Part shown: in pieces, positions 24,524-36,200 of the stretch
Layout of the letters: every line of letters begins with the position of its first letter
Position numbering within the stretch: the stretch's first letter is position 1
Assembly: GCA_031414535.1 (NCBI GenBank)
Contig: JANNVQ010000030.1
Location: 1 to 64,000 of the forward strand
Direction: 5' to 3'
DNA length: 64,000 nucleotides
From: Gemmatimonas sp.
GTDB taxonomy: Bacteria > Gemmatimonadota > Gemmatimonadetes > Gemmatimonadales > Gemmatimonadaceae
Notes under the pieces: model-generated
Database searches by the model: none
Told to the model about the DNA's origin: nothing
What the model saw: the letters and a program-made list of their open reading frames with translations, nothing else
Translations under genes and position numbers: made by a program

Positions 24524-27079
24524 CTAACGCCTCAAGAGCAGGTCACCGGCCTGCAGCATCTTCCCACGCAGACGCGGCGGGTAATCGGGATGCTCGTCCA
24601 AGAACCCTCGCAGTGTGTCAGCCGCCTGCTGCGAACGATGCCCGCTGAGCAATGCGTTCATCCAGCCGAGCGGGAAGAAGATGTCGCCCGTCTGCTGAAT
24701 CTCGAGTGCGAGGTCGAGTCCGGCGCGCAGTTGCGGCAACGCGGCCTCAGCGCGCAGGGGATGGTTGAGATACCCCATCGCATCGAGCACCCAAGACTCC
24801 TGCCGACGATTCTCCACTCGGCGCAGCGTCTCGAACAAGGCGGCGCGCACAGCAGGCTCGGCACTAAGGGCCGGGCGAACAAAGGCAAAGCGCGCCCTGC
24901 GATCCGCGTTGGTGATGCGCGTCGCCTCTTCGTCGAGGATGGCCTCGGCGTTAGGCAGCCCGCGCAGAGCCATCGCCTCAGCAAGACTCGTGTACTGTTG
25001 CTCTGAGAGCGGCAGTCCAGTAGGAGGAGTTCGCGTGCGCCAAATACGCTCCAAGCGTGTCAGGCCCTCCGCCGACAAGGTGATTGAGTTGATACTGGAG
25101 AACAGTACACCCTTGCGACCCGGCGTCTGCGCGCGCGCGAGCGCGGCCCAGAGCACTCGCTCCACCTCGGGAGCAATCCGCTGGCGTGTGGAATCGTCGA
25201 GGAAGGACCAGTAGGTGAAGCGCAGGAGTCCAAGCACCTGTGAGACCACGAGTTCCTCAGGTTCGCGCTCCACGGCGCGAAGCGTGGCTTGGAGCAGGCT
25301 CGATGGCTCCAACACACCCGCGATCAGCTCCTCTTGTAGCGTCTGCCAGGCGACTGCGCGATGCAAGGGTCGAGGCAAAGTGTGCACGCGCTCGAGCAAC
25401 GCCACCCGTGACGCCGAGTCGAGTGCGAAGCGCGCATAGCTCACGCCATTGCTTCCACCCAGCAGGATACGAGGCATGGCCATTCCCGCAGGCAAGTTCA
25501 CACGCAACACATCGCCGTCGAAGTTCCCGCGAATGAGCGTGACGTCGAGATCCGATATCAACGCAAACTCCATCAGTTGCGGCCAGCGCAACTGTCTCCC
25601 GGGCCAAGTATCGGTCTGCGTGACGTTGAGCGTACTGTTGTTCTCGATCCATGCCGTCATCGTAGGCCGGCCGGGCTCTTCCACCCACACGCGGCTCCAA
25701 GCCGTGACGTCGGTTGGGCTGAGCGAATCTAGGATGGACACGAGATCAGGCCACGACGCATTCGCAAACTTGTAGCGGTCCAAGAAAATGCGCAGACCGT
25801 CGCGGAAGACCGTATCACCCAGCGTGGTCTCGAGTTGCTGCATGACGATGGGCGCCTTCTGATAGATAATGGCACCGTAGAGCGACCCTGCTTCGCTGAG
25901 ATTCTCAAGCGGTTGGCGAATGGGATTCGCGCCACGCGTTCGGTCCACCCCGTACGCGGAAGGATGATGGGCCTGGAAGAAGCGCAGGCGCTGATCCACA
26001 TCTGGAAACGAGGGCCCGACGATCTTGGCGGCCATGAAGTTGGCAAACACTTCCTTCATCCACACATCGTTAAACCAGCGCATGGTGACGAGGTCGCCAA
26101 ACCACATGTGGGCGGTCTCGTGAGCAATGAGACTGGCTCGGCCGAGTTCCTGCGCGCGGCCCGCGGACTCATCGAGAAACAGGCCGCCCGCGCGATACCA
26201 CACGGCCCCAGGATGCTCCATCCCACCAAACTGAAACGACGGCACCGCAAAGAAATCAAACTTGGGAAACGGATACGGAATGCCCGTGTAGTCCTCAAGC
26301 CACGCGATGGCCGCCGCGTGGAGATCGAAGATGGCCGGCGCATTGTGGCGTAGGCGCGCGACATCAGTTTCGCGATGGTACATGGTGAACGTGCGGCCAT
26401 TGCGCGTCGCCTGCTCTTCCTGCAGGACTCCAGCAGCGAAGCTGAGCAGGTAGGTGCTGATGGGCTCGGTCTCGGCGAAGCGCAGCACGTGCCTTTTGGT
26501 ATCACTGCTATCGCGCGAGAGAAGCGCGCCATTGCTCAGGGCCTTCCACGCGGCTGGTACGGTCAGTGATACCGTGAACCTCGCCTTCAAGTCGGGCTGC
26601 TCGAATACTGGGAAGGCAGTGGACGCACGGTTGGGTACGAAGAGCGCGTAGAGAAATTCTTGGTTGCGATTGAGCGCAGCGTCGGTGCTCCGGAATCGCA
26701 CGGTCACCGTGTGCGAGCCGGGCTTCACTAGGCGCGCTGGCAACACAATGTGATCAGGCACTAACCGAGCCTCAACAGCCGCGCCATCGAGACGCACCTC
26801 TAGCACCTGCTCAGCGGGCGCGCGGAAATCCAATACCAACGGCCCGCTCCCCTCCGCGAGCGTCAGCGCCATGTCCACCTGCCCCGTGACGGCGGAGTCC
26901 TTCTGCTCAGGGATGTCGAAGTGGACGTCGTAGCTGAGGGCGCTGATGGTACGCGCACGATGCTCGGCGAGCTCTCGTGCGACGCCGGGAGCCGGATCTG
27001 GCGCAGCGCAGGCAGTGGCGACGAGCAGACAGAGCGAGCGGAGAGCGCCAAGCTTTCGCATTGCGATAATTGGATTCAA
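24524..27079 (-). CDS. M1 family aminopeptidase
   Basis: GGMEH; HETAH-X18-E; AIIYQK; alternative ATG start at 27061. Confidence 0.92.
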   Translation of the reverse strand: MNPIIAMRKLGALRSLCLLVATACAAPDPAPGVARELAEHRARTISALSYDVHFDIPEQKDSAVTGQVDMALTLAEGSGPLVLDFRAPAEQVLEVRLDGAAVEARLVPDHIVLPARLVKPGSHTVTVRFRSTDAALNRNQEFLYALFVPNRASTAFPVFEQPDLKARFTVSLTVPAAWKALSNGALLSRDSSDTKRHVLRFAETEPISTYLLSFAAGVLQEEQATRNGRTFTMYHRETDVARLRHNAPAIFDLHAAAIAWLEDYTGIPYPFPKFDFFAVPSFQFGGMEHPGAVWYRAGGLFLDESAGRAQELGRASLIAHETAHMWFGDLVTMRWFNDVWMKEVFANFMAAKIVGPSFPDVDQRLRFFQAHHPSAYGVDRTRGANPIRQPLENLSEAGSLYGAIIYQKAPIVMQQLETTLGDTVFRDGLRIFLDRYKFANASWPDLVSILDSLSPTDVTAWSRVWVEEPGRPTMTAWIENNSTLNVTQTDTWPGRQLRWPQLMEFALISDLDVTLIRGNFDGDVLRVNLPAGMAMPRILLGGSNGVSYARFALDSASRVALLERVHTLPRPLHRAVAWQTLQEELIAGVLEPSSLLQATLRAVEREPEELVVSQVLGLLRFTYWSFLDDSTRQRIAPEVERVLWAALARAQTPGRKGVLFSSINSITLSAEGLTRLERIWRTRTPPTGLPLSEQQYTSLAEAMALRGLPNAEAILDEEATRITNADRRARFAFVRPALSAEPAVRAALFETLRRVENRRQESWVLDAMGYLNHPLRAEAALPQLRAGLDLALEIQQTGDIFFPLGWMNALLSGHRSQQAADTLRGFLDEHPDYPPRLRGKMLQAGDLLLRR

Positions 27080-27468
27080 GAGTGACCGACGCGCCAGCTT
27101 GGCTCAAGGACCCCAGCGTCAATCAAGACGCCTTCTACGGCCTCTGGCACCATTGTGGGCCAGAGAATGAAACCGCGCAGGAGCACCAACGGACGGTGGG
27201 CGCGCGTCGTGCCACGATACCGATACCGCGCCCAGAGTTCGTAGGCAAACGCCACGGCTCCACCAAAGAGCGCGAAGATGCACCAAGTGGCCAATGCCAC
27301 TTTCCATTGCAGCGTAATCAACATCCACAGGCCAATGGCGTAGGCTGTGGCGATTCCCATCACGCGCACGGCCCGGAGCACGGGATTGAACACCAGACAG
27401 CATCCGGTCCAGAGTGCCACACCGAGGAGCATGAGGGCCCACAGAACGTCTATGTACCAGATGGTCAT
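27076..27468 (-). CDS. Hypothetical membrane protein
   Basis: Several hydrophobic segments; overlaps the peptidase start. Confidence 0.55.
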   Translation of the reverse strand: MTIWYIDVLWALMLLGVALWTGCCLVFNPVLRAVRVMGIATAYAIGLWMLITLQWKVALATWCIFALFGGAVAFAYELWARYRYRGTTRAHRPLVLLRGFILWPTMVPEAVEGVLIDAGVLEPSWRVGHS

Positions 27469-27549
27469 CGTGGGAAGATGGAGACAACTGAACGGTGAAG
27501 CCAGCGTCAGCCGCGTCGGCGCACGGCTGGCCGCACCTCGCCCACCGAC

Positions 27550-28260
27550 TTAGTTGACCCCGCCCAGCGAATAGATCACGGCGCCCGGCGTGTGCTCAAG
27601 CACCCGCCCAATGGGAAACGCCGACGCCGCGCCCTCGCTGAGTGCACGCTCGAGCACCCGCTGTTTCTGTGCGCCTGCAATCACCACAATCGTACGCCGC
27701 GCCGCGGCAATTGCCGGCGCGGTGAGCGTGACGCGATTCACTGGGGCCTCGGGCGGTAGCGGATTGGGCCGCACGCCCACGGCTCGCACGCCAAGTTCTG
27801 GCGCCAATGCCGTCTCAAGGTCCGGCCCTGCGAAGATGGAAGCGGTGTGCCCATCCCCGCCCATCCCGAGCCACACGAGATCCAGCGGCCACGCGAGTTG
27901 CTGGAGCATTGCATCCGCCTCGCGTCCGCTCTTCTGATAATTGACGCCATCCTCACCGAGCGAGAGCACGCGGGCGCCCTTGGGCGCAAACAGCCGCGTG
28001 AGCTCAGCAACGTTGGAAAGCGAAGAACTCGGCGGCACCAAGCGATCATCGGACGGAATGACTGTCACCTGCTTCCATGGCAGCGGAGCGTCGGACAATG
28101 CCGCAAGAATCGGTAGCGGTGTGTTGCCACCGGGGAACGCGACAACTGCCTTGCCGCGCGCAGCGACCGCGTCCGTGATGACCGCAGACACGTCACGCAG
28201 CACGGCGGCGTTTAGTTCATCGGCGCTCGCTGCGTGAACCCATTGAACAGACGCAGTCAC
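27550..28260 (-). CDS. pgl: 6-phosphogluconolactonase
   Basis: PGGNTP, DDRLVP, LGMGGDGHTASIF, RVTLT. Confidence 0.93.
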   Translation of the reverse strand: MTASVQWVHAASADELNAAVLRDVSAVITDAVAARGKAVVAFPGGNTPLPILAALSDAPLPWKQVTVIPSDDRLVPPSSSLSNVAELTRLFAPKGARVLSLGEDGVNYQKSGREADAMLQQLAWPLDLVWLGMGGDGHTASIFAGPDLETALAPELGVRAVGVRPNPLPPEAPVNRVTLTAPAIAAARRTIVVIAGAQKQRVLERALSEGAASAFPIGRVLEHTPGAVIYSLGGVN

Positions 28261-28266
28261 CGTGGG

Positions 28267-28905
28267 CTACTCCGGAGTGCGCGCTTGCGCCGCGGGAGCA
28301 AGCGCCGCGGCCGCGCGCGCCAACGCCTCGATGGCCACCACGTCCGGCGCTCCACGCGGCACCAACCAACTGCCACCGACGCAGAGCACCTCTGGTACCG
28401 CCAACCACTCCGCAGCGCGATCGGCCTTGATGCCGCCAGTGGGACAGAAGCGGCAGTTCCCGAACGGCCCAATCAGCGACTTGAGCGCGGGCAGACCGCC
28501 GCTCGATTCCGCAGGAAAGAACTTGAAGTGCGTGAGACCCATCTCCAGCCCGCGCATCATGTCGCTTGCGCTCGCCACACCGGGAAGGAAGGGCACGCCC
28601 GACGCTCGCGCCGCTTTGCCAAGCCGCTCAGTAAGGCCCGGGGAGACGATGAACTCCGCGCCAGCGGAGATGCAGCGCAAGAGCCCCGCGTCATCCACCA
28701 CCGTACCAGCGCCAACGATGGCACCCGGAACGCGCTTCATCTCGGCGATGGCCTCCAAGGCGGCCGGTGTACGCAGGGTGACCTCGAGCACACGCAGTCC
28801 ACCCGCCACCAACGCAGTCGCGATTGGCCGCGCATGCGCCGCGTCATCAATCACCAGCACCGGGATGACCGGCGAGGTGCGCATGATCCGTTCGATGGCA
28901 ATCAT
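28267..28905 (-). CDS. eda: KDPG aldolase
   Basis: LEVTLRT, VGAGTV, FIVSPG, KFFPA, FCPTGGI. Confidence 0.95.
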   Translation of the reverse strand: MIAIERIMRTSPVIPVLVIDDAAHARPIATALVAGGLRVLEVTLRTPAALEAIAEMKRVPGAIVGAGTVVDDAGLLRCISAGAEFIVSPGLTERLGKAARASGVPFLPGVASASDMMRGLEMGLTHFKFFPAESSGGLPALKSLIGPFGNCRFCPTGGIKADRAAEWLAVPEVLCVGGSWLVPRGAPDVVAIEALARAAAALAPAAQARTPE

Positions 28906-29879
28906 TGGGAACCGTGCTGACGGGCAAACGCTGCGGCAGCGCCGAAGAGCCCTGGTTGTGGATGCGTGATAAGCTTGACGGGCAATCCGGCCATCAGTCC
29001 TTCAAAGCGCCCCTTGGCACGAAAGCGTTCCGCGAAACCCGAGCGCAGCAACGAGTCCTTGATGCGCAGGCCGAGTCCGCCAGCAATCACCACGCCGGCG
29101 AATCCGCCCTGCGCGAGTGCGATATCGCCGGCGACGCTTCCGAGGCAGAGGCAGAAGCGCTCCACCGCCGCAGCCGCGAGGCTATCCTGGCCAGAGGTAC
29201 CCAGCGCCCACAGCGCCTTATCGTCCAGCGACTTGATGGCCCGGCCTTCGATGCTCGCTAGCGTTTCGTAAATGTCCACGATGGCCGGCCCCGCCACCAC
29301 GCGCTCCACCGAGACGCGGCGATAGCGCTTACGCAGGCGCGCAAGGATGGCGTCTTCGATGCTGTCGTGCGGGGCGAAGTCGATATGTCCGCCTTCGGTG
29401 GCCTGCACGTGATAGCCATCGCTCATGCGCAACACCTGAGCCACGCCGAGCCCGGTACCCGGACCGATAATGCTGACCATCCCCTCGGGCGCGAGCGCTT
29501 GGTTGGGACCGCAGAGATGGATGAAGTGCTCGTCACCAGCATGCGCCACCGCGTGCCCGACGGCCTCGAAGTCATTGACGATGGCGAACGTCTCAACGCG
29601 CAGCTTGTCCTTAATCTGCCCTGGGCGAATGATCCACGGATTGTTCGCGAAGCGAATCAGGTCCCCGTTGACTGGCGCCGCTACGGCAATTGACACAGCG
29701 TTGGGAAGCGGCTGCCCACAGCTCGCTTGAAAGGTCTCCCACGCTGTTTGGAACGACGCGTGCTCAGCCGTGCGCATGATGATGGGTTCACTCATCGTGG
29801 ACACGCGACCATCACTGAGCTCAGCGAGCGCGAATCGTGCGTGCGTCCCGCCAACGTCCACGGTAGCCAGTTGCATCAA
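28902..29879 (-). CDS. glk: Glucokinase
   Basis: [31 protein letters not shown]. Confidence 0.95.
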   Translation of the reverse strand: MMQLATVDVGGTHARFALAELSDGRVSTMSEPIIMRTAEHASFQTAWETFQASCGQPLPNAVSIAVAAPVNGDLIRFANNPWIIRPGQIKDKLRVETFAIVNDFEAVGHAVAHAGDEHFIHLCGPNQALAPEGMVSIIGPGTGLGVAQVLRMSDGYHVQATEGGHIDFAPHDSIEDAILARLRKRYRRVSVERVVAGPAIVDIYETLASIEGRAIKSLDDKALWALGTSGQDSLAAAAVERFCLCLGSVAGDIALAQGGFAGVVIAGGLGLRIKDSLLRSGFAERFRAKGRFEGLMAGLPVKLITHPQPGLFGAAAAFARQHGSQ

Positions 29880-31699
29880 AGCCCAGCCTCAGCCAGCATC
29901 GCTGAGCCACCGCGCTCAGCTTCGTCAGCAAAGTGCCGCATCATGGCGAAAAGTTCGCGGCCGGTGCCCAAAGGCACCGGAGGCTGCTTCACCGCTTGCC
30001 GGGCATTCCACTCGGCAGCATCCACGAGGACCTCGAGACTGCCGCGGCTTGCGCAGAGCCGCACCACATCGCCATCGCGCAACTTGGCGAGCGGTCCGCC
30101 GCGAGCGGCCTCGGGTGTGACGTGAATCGCGGCCGGCACCTTGCCCGATGCGCCTGACATTCGTCCGTCGGTGACCAACGCAACCTTGAAACCCTGGTCC
30201 TGCAACACGCCAAGCGAAGGCGTGAGCTTGTGCAGTTCGGGCATGCCGTTGGCCGCAGGACCTTGAAAGCGCACCACCACCACCACGTCGCGATTCAACT
30301 CGCCGGCCTTAAACGCGGTGAGCACATCGTTCTGCTCACTGAAGACGCGGCAGGGCGCTTCAATCGTGTAGCGGGAATCTTCCACCGCCGAGGTCTTGAA
30401 GGTGCCGCGGCCAAGGTTGCCGGCCACGAGCCGCATGCCACCGTCGGCTTTGAATGCGGTTGGCACCGAGCGGAGAATGGTTTCGTCGGCGGACTTTGCG
30501 GGGGCCGCATCCCAGACGAGATCCGCACCGTTCATGCGAGGCTCACGCGCGCCGTCGAGCAAATCCTTGCCATACACCGTGCGCAAATCCCTGTGCGCGT
30601 GCCCAGCTTCAACCAGTTCGCGGATCACGAAGGGCATGCCGCCAGCGCGCGCGAAGGTGTTTACATCGCCCGCACCGTTGGGATACACCCGTGCAATGAG
30701 CGGCGTGACGGCGGAGAGCTCGTCAATGTCCTGCCAGTCAATACGAATGCCCGCTGCGCGGGCGATGGCGGGAATATGAATGACGTGATTGGTGCTGCCA
30801 CCGGTTGCCAGCAATCCCACGACGGCATTCACAATCGCCTTCTCGTCCACGCACACGCCGAGCGGCCGATAGTCGTTGCCGTTCCAGCCAATTTCGGTGA
30901 GGCGGTGTGTAGCCGCACGCGTCAGGGCATCGCGCAAATCTGTGCCAGGATTGGCAAAGCTCGCACCGGGCATATGCAGGCCCATCATCTCCATCATCAT
31001 CTGATTAGAGTTGGCCGTCCCATAGAAGGTACAGGTGCCGGGCCCGTGATACGACGCCATCTCGGCCTCCATCAACTCGTCCTTGCTCGCCTTGCCCTCA
31101 GCATACAACTGACGAATGCGCGCCTTCTCCTTGTTCGGCAACCCCGAGGTCATTGGCCCAGCGGGCACAAGAATCATCGGCAGGTGGCCGAAGCGCAGCG
31201 CACCAATCAGCAGACCCGGTACAATCTTGTCGCAGATGCCAAGTAGCAGCGCGCCTTCAAACATGCCGTGGCTTAACCCCACGGCCGTAGACATCGCGAT
31301 GGTATCGCGACTGAACAGCGAGAGCTCCATCGAGAGCTGACCCTGCGTCACGCCATCGCACATGGCGGGTACTCCCGCGGCCACCTGGGCCGTGGTGCCC
31401 TTCTCGCGCGCGTAAGCCTTGATGCGCTCAGGGTACGTCTCGTAGGGCTGATGCGCCGAGAGCATGTCGTTGTAGGCGGTGACAATGCCGATGTTCATGG
31501 CTTTGCCGCTGCGAATGGTGGCTTTGTCGAGCAAGGAGGCCGCGCAGCCGTGCGCGAGATTCCCACAGGAAAGTGTGGGCCGCAACACGCCCGCCTCGCG
31601 CGCGCTGGCAATGAGCGCGAGATACGCCGCGCGACCCTCGCGCGAGCGCTCGATGATGCGCGTGGTCACCGCGTGGACTACCGGATGCAGTTTACTCAT
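29876..31699 (-). CDS. edd: Phosphogluconate dehydratase
   Basis: [40 protein letters not shown]. Confidence 0.97.
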   Translation of the reverse strand: MSKLHPVVHAVTTRIIERSREGRAAYLALIASAREAGVLRPTLSCGNLAHGCAASLLDKATIRSGKAMNIGIVTAYNDMLSAHQPYETYPERIKAYAREKGTTAQVAAGVPAMCDGVTQGQLSMELSLFSRDTIAMSTAVGLSHGMFEGALLLGICDKIVPGLLIGALRFGHLPMILVPAGPMTSGLPNKEKARIRQLYAEGKASKDELMEAEMASYHGPGTCTFYGTANSNQMMMEMMGLHMPGASFANPGTDLRDALTRAATHRLTEIGWNGNDYRPLGVCVDEKAIVNAVVGLLATGGSTNHVIHIPAIARAAGIRIDWQDIDELSAVTPLIARVYPNGAGDVNTFARAGGMPFVIRELVEAGHAHRDLRTVYGKDLLDGAREPRMNGADLVWDAAPAKSADETILRSVPTAFKADGGMRLVAGNLGRGTFKTSAVEDSRYTIEAPCRVFSEQNDVLTAFKAGELNRDVVVVVRFQGPAANGMPELHKLTPSLGVLQDQGFKVALVTDGRMSGASGKVPAAIHVTPEAARGGPLAKLRDGDVVRLCASRGSLEVLVDAAEWNARQAVKQPPVPLGTGRELFAMMRHFADEAERGGSAMLAEAGL

Positions 31700-33137
31700 T
31701 CCAGCTCACTCCGTCGCGTTCGGCGAGCGCGATTGCCGCGCTCGGGCCCCAACTGCCCGCACCATAGGCTTTCGGCTTCAGTCCAATATCGGACCACAGC
31801 GCGCGTATTGCATCAATCCAGACCCACTGTGCTTCCACTTCATCGCGGCGCACGAAGAGCGTTTGATCGCCCTCGATGAGATCGAGCAGCAAGCGCTCGT
31901 ACGCGATGCGGCGCCGCGTGCCCGCAAAGGCCTCGGTGAGCGAGAGATCCAGCGGCACCTGACGCAAGCGCAGTCCACCACGATCCAGCCCAGGTTCCTT
32001 AGCCATGACCAAGAGGCGCACGTACTCCTCAGGTTGCAAGCGCATCACGAGCGCGTTGGCCTGAAGCGGACCGCCGCGATCCTTAAAGATGTTGTGTGGC
32101 ACCGGCTTGAACTGCACGACAATCTCTGAGCGCCGCTCGGTCAGCCGCTTGCCCGTCCGTAGGTAGAATGGTACCCCACGCCAACGCCAGTTATCCACGT
32201 AGGTCTTGATGGCCACAAAGCTTTCCGTTTCCGAAGGCTTACCGCAGTCCGCCTCGTAGCTCGACACGAGCTCCCCCTGCACCGCGCCCTGACCGTACTG
32301 GCCCGTGACCACGTCGCCAGCGGCAACGGGGCGCAAGGCGCGTAGCACCTTTACCTTCTCGTCGCGAATGGACGTGGCATCGCGGTTCGCCGGCGGCTCC
32401 ATGGCCGTGAGCGCCAGAAGCTGCAGCATGTGGTTCTGCACCATATCGCGCAGGGCGCCAGTCTCATCATAGAAGCCGGCCCGTCCCTCCAATCCCACGG
32501 TCTCGCTCACGGTGATCTGCACGTGCTCAATGGCATTTGCGTTCCACAGCGGCTCAAAGAGCATGTTACCAAAGCGCAGGGCCATCAGGTTCTGCACCGT
32601 CTCCTTGCCCAAATAGTGGTCAATGCGGAAGGTGCGGCTCTCCGGGAACACGGCGTTCACCGCGTCATTAATTGACCGGCTGCTGGCGAGGTCCTGGCCG
32701 AGCGGTTTTTCGAGGCCGATGCGCACATCGGCGCCTGAGAGTCCAGCGGCGTGCAGGCCCTTGATGGTGGCCTCAAACAGCGCCGGAGCCGTGGACAAGA
32801 AAATGGAAAGTCCAGCGGAGATGTCACCAATACTGGCAGCGAGCGCCGCAAATCCCTCCGGCTTCGTTGCATCCAAAGCCTGATAGCGCAGGCGGGTCAG
32901 AAAGGCGGCCATCTTGGCCTCGTCCTTTCGGTCCTCGGGCACGAAGCTCCTGAGCGATTCCAGGGCCAAGGCCCGGTAGCTCTCATCATTGTGCTCGCTC
33001 CGCGCCGTGCCAAAAATCCGCAGGCCGGGGGCAATCAGGCCGTCAGCGTGCAGGGCGTAGAGCGACGGCAACAGCATCCGCTTGGCGAGGTCGCCGGTGG
33101 CACCGAACAACAGGAGGGTCTGGCTATGCAGGCTCAT
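31692..33137 (-). CDS. zwf: Glucose-6-phosphate dehydrogenase
   Basis: [29 protein letters not shown]. Confidence 0.97.
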   Translation of the reverse strand: MSLHSQTLLLFGATGDLAKRMLLPSLYALHADGLIAPGLRIFGTARSEHNDESYRALALESLRSFVPEDRKDEAKMAAFLTRLRYQALDATKPEGFAALAASIGDISAGLSIFLSTAPALFEATIKGLHAAGLSGADVRIGLEKPLGQDLASSRSINDAVNAVFPESRTFRIDHYLGKETVQNLMALRFGNMLFEPLWNANAIEHVQITVSETVGLEGRAGFYDETGALRDMVQNHMLQLLALTAMEPPANRDATSIRDEKVKVLRALRPVAAGDVVTGQYGQGAVQGELVSSYEADCGKPSETESFVAIKTYVDNWRWRGVPFYLRTGKRLTERRSEIVVQFKPVPHNIFKDRGGPLQANALVMRLQPEEYVRLLVMAKEPGLDRGGLRLRQVPLDLSLTEAFAGTRRRIAYERLLLDLIEGDQTLFVRRDEVEAQWVWIDAIRALWSDIGLKPKAYGAGSWGPSAAIALAERDGVSWNE

Positions 33138-33177
33138 CCCGGGAATCTTCCTTCAAGGGGGTGGTTCAGGCAAATCC

Positions 33178-33227
33178 TTGACAGCGTACGGGTAAAAGTA
33201 GCACTTTGTTTGGCGTCCGAACAAAGT
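33178..33227 (+). promoter_or_regulatory. TTGACA promoter with 25-bp palindromic ROK-type operator
   Basis: TTGACA at 33178; ACTTTGTTTGGCGTCCGAACAAAGT at 33203-33227. Confidence 0.75.
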
Positions 33228-33287
33228 CCCCTGGGTATCATCCACAGATACCATCCATCTCCGACCACGCGCCTGCGTGGAGGCATT

Positions 33288-36200
33288 ATGGGATCCACTG
33301 GTCGCGCCGCGCTCGTCTTCTCCCTTCTCGCGGTGTTCGCCCCCGCGCCCGTGGACGGGCAGTCCGCCCTACCGGTGGTCCGGGTGACCTCTGACCCCGC
33401 CGGTCAGCGTCTGCAGGTGGACGGCCGGGACTTCTTCGTAAAGGGTGTGAACTGGGACTACTTCCCGGTGGGCACCAACTACGCGTTCTCCCTCTGGACC
33501 CAGCCCGACAACATTATCTCAGAAGCCCTCGACCGTGAGATGGGGCTGCTCCGCACCATGGGGGTGAATGCCATCCGCGTGTACAATGGCATCCCGGCCC
33601 GCTGGGTCCGCTACATCTATGAAAAGCACGCCATCTGGACGGTCGTGAATCATCCCTTGGGCCGTTACGGTCTCACGGTGGATGGGACTTGGATGCCCCA
33701 GACCGACTACTCCAACCCACGCGTCCGCCAGCTCATCCTGGCCGAAGTCGCAGCCATGACCGCTGAGCTCAAGGACACGCCGGGCGTACTCTTCTGGCTC
33801 CTCGGGAACGAGAACAATTACGGCCTCGAGTGGCGCTCCGCAGCCACGGAAAACCTCCCCGCTGGCGAGCGTCAGGCCGCGAAGGCCCGCTTCCTCTACT
33901 CGCTGTACGGCGAGGCCGTGCAGCAAATCCACGGCAGCGATGCCCGCCCGGTCGCGATGGCCAACGGCGACCTCCAGTACCTCGACATCATCGCCCAGGA
34001 AGTGAAGGGGCTCGACCTCTTCGGCTCCAATGTGTACCGGGGTCAGTCCTTCCGTGACCTGTTCATGCGCGTGAAGGAGACGCTGGGCATCCCCGTGGTG
34101 TTCACGGAGTTCGGCTCAGACGCCTGGAACTCACGCGATGAGCGCGAAGACCAGGCCTCGCAGGCCGCCGTGGTACTCAAGCAATGGGAAGAGATTTACG
34201 CCAACACCGCCGGCAAGGGCCTCGCCGGCAACGCCATCGGCGGCCTCACCTTCCAATGGTCCGACGGATGGTGGAAGTACGGTCAGGAAACGGGCCTCGA
34301 TGTGCACGATGTCAACGCGTCGTGGGCCAACGAAGCCTATCCGTCCGACTTCGTGCAGGGCCAGAACAACATGAACGAAGAGTGGTGGGGCATCATGGCC
34401 AAGGGCCCCGCTGACACCCGCTACCAGTACGACCTGTATCCGCGCGCGCTCTTTTATGGATTGCAGCAGGCCTACCTGTTGGATCCCTACGCGGCCGGTA
34501 CGGACCGCACACGCATCGCGCAGCACTTCAGCAACATCAACGTCGCCGCACTTGCGCTGCAAGCGCGTGCGAGCCAGCCGGCATCAGCCAGCAACTCGAG
34601 CAAGGTGAGCGTGCGCGGCATGCGCATGGAACTCTCCACCTACCAGACGGGCGGCGACCGCATCAGCACACCCCGCGGCGGCTCCTCCGTCTCCACGCAG
34701 TACCCGGCCTTCCAAGGCTTCGACCGCATGGAATCATTCTATGTGGAATTCGAAGCCAAACCCACCGAGCGCGTGACCGCTCGACTCGCACTCAATGTGC
34801 TTGGTTCGGTGGCCGAGAACCCGATTGATCAGATCTTCTACGAGAATCGCGGTCGTGCACAGATCGTGAACACGACCACCGGCAGCCAGCTCACGTCCGA
34901 CATCGAACGCCTGCGCGTCTATCAAGCCAGCGTCACCTGGGATGAAGCCAATTTCCGCCTTGATGCCTTCAATCGCACCGGCCATTACCACTGGGGCTAC
35001 GAAGGCGACTTCTTTGGCATCTACAGAGAAGCGAACTACGGCCGCAACATTGACATCTACAATGGCGATGCGCCGCTCGGCATGGAATTCACGGGCAAGC
35101 GCAGCTTCGAAGGCCTGAAGTTCGCCATCGGTCCGGAACTGTGGTGGGGCGCCAATCCGGCGGCCATCATCAAGTACCGCCGCAACGTGCTCGGCTTCGT
35201 CGTCACGGGCTTGTTCCAAGAAGACATCGCGCGCAACAATCCTGGCGCGGCGCAGAGTTCGTTTGCGATTCCTATTCCACAGGCTCGTCGCGCCACCCTG
35301 CACGCCTCCACGATGGTCGGGCCCTTCGGCGTGGAAGTGGGTGGCATCTGGTCCGGCGGCTCACGCATGGGCCAGACCTTCCAGTTCGTGGAGGGCACAT
35401 CGGGCGCCTACACGGTTTTTGAAGACCAGATCAACGGTAGCGACGCCATCGGCGGCAAGGCCAAGGTCACCTTCAGCCGCGGTCGCTTGAACTGGTACGC
35501 GCAGGCCGCCTCCATGGGCCTCATCGCCGACGGTGGACCCACCAGCGTGCAGACGTTCACCGGTTGGTCGCTCAAGGACACGGGCCTTAACAATCAATTC
35601 AACGTCCTCTCCGGCTTCACGTGGTTGATGGGCTCGCTGTCCATCGCACCCAACTTCCTGTATCAGGTGCCAATCGTCGGCCCCATTCCCAACGACGCAC
35701 CCCCTCCAGCTCGCAAGCGCAACGTCATCGAGGATCCCTTCGCCGTGCGCGCCAATCGCGAAACGGTCGGCGGCGAACTGCTGCTCACCTGGGACCCCAC
35801 GCCGGCCACCTGGATGTACCAGTGGGACAATGACATGCGCGAGGACGCCCGCTTCGCGGCAAGCCTCGGGTACACCTTCCGCCACATGCCCACGCAGCAG
35901 GACGCCGCCATCGGCATCTTGGGCGACGGTCGCACCACCTTTGCCTTCCCGGGTTCGACGCCGGCTCGCGACCTCTGGGAAGTCCGTGCGCGTGTCATCA
36001 CGCGACTCGGCGACAATACGCGCGTGATCGTGAATGGACTCGTCGGTACCGCCGAGCCCAATGGCGATAGCCAGCGCTTGGTGAGCCGTTCGAGCCTAGA
36101 CCTCCGCCTCGTGCACAAGCAGTTGAAGATCGTTGGCGCCGCCAAGCTGAATGACTTCGGCCCGTATGACTATCACCGCGACTTCAACCTCACATTCCCG

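Noticed and set aside
32751..33287. N-terminal extension of the 1227-aa ORF
   Set aside because: It overlaps zwf antisense; RBS and signal peptide point to ATG33288.
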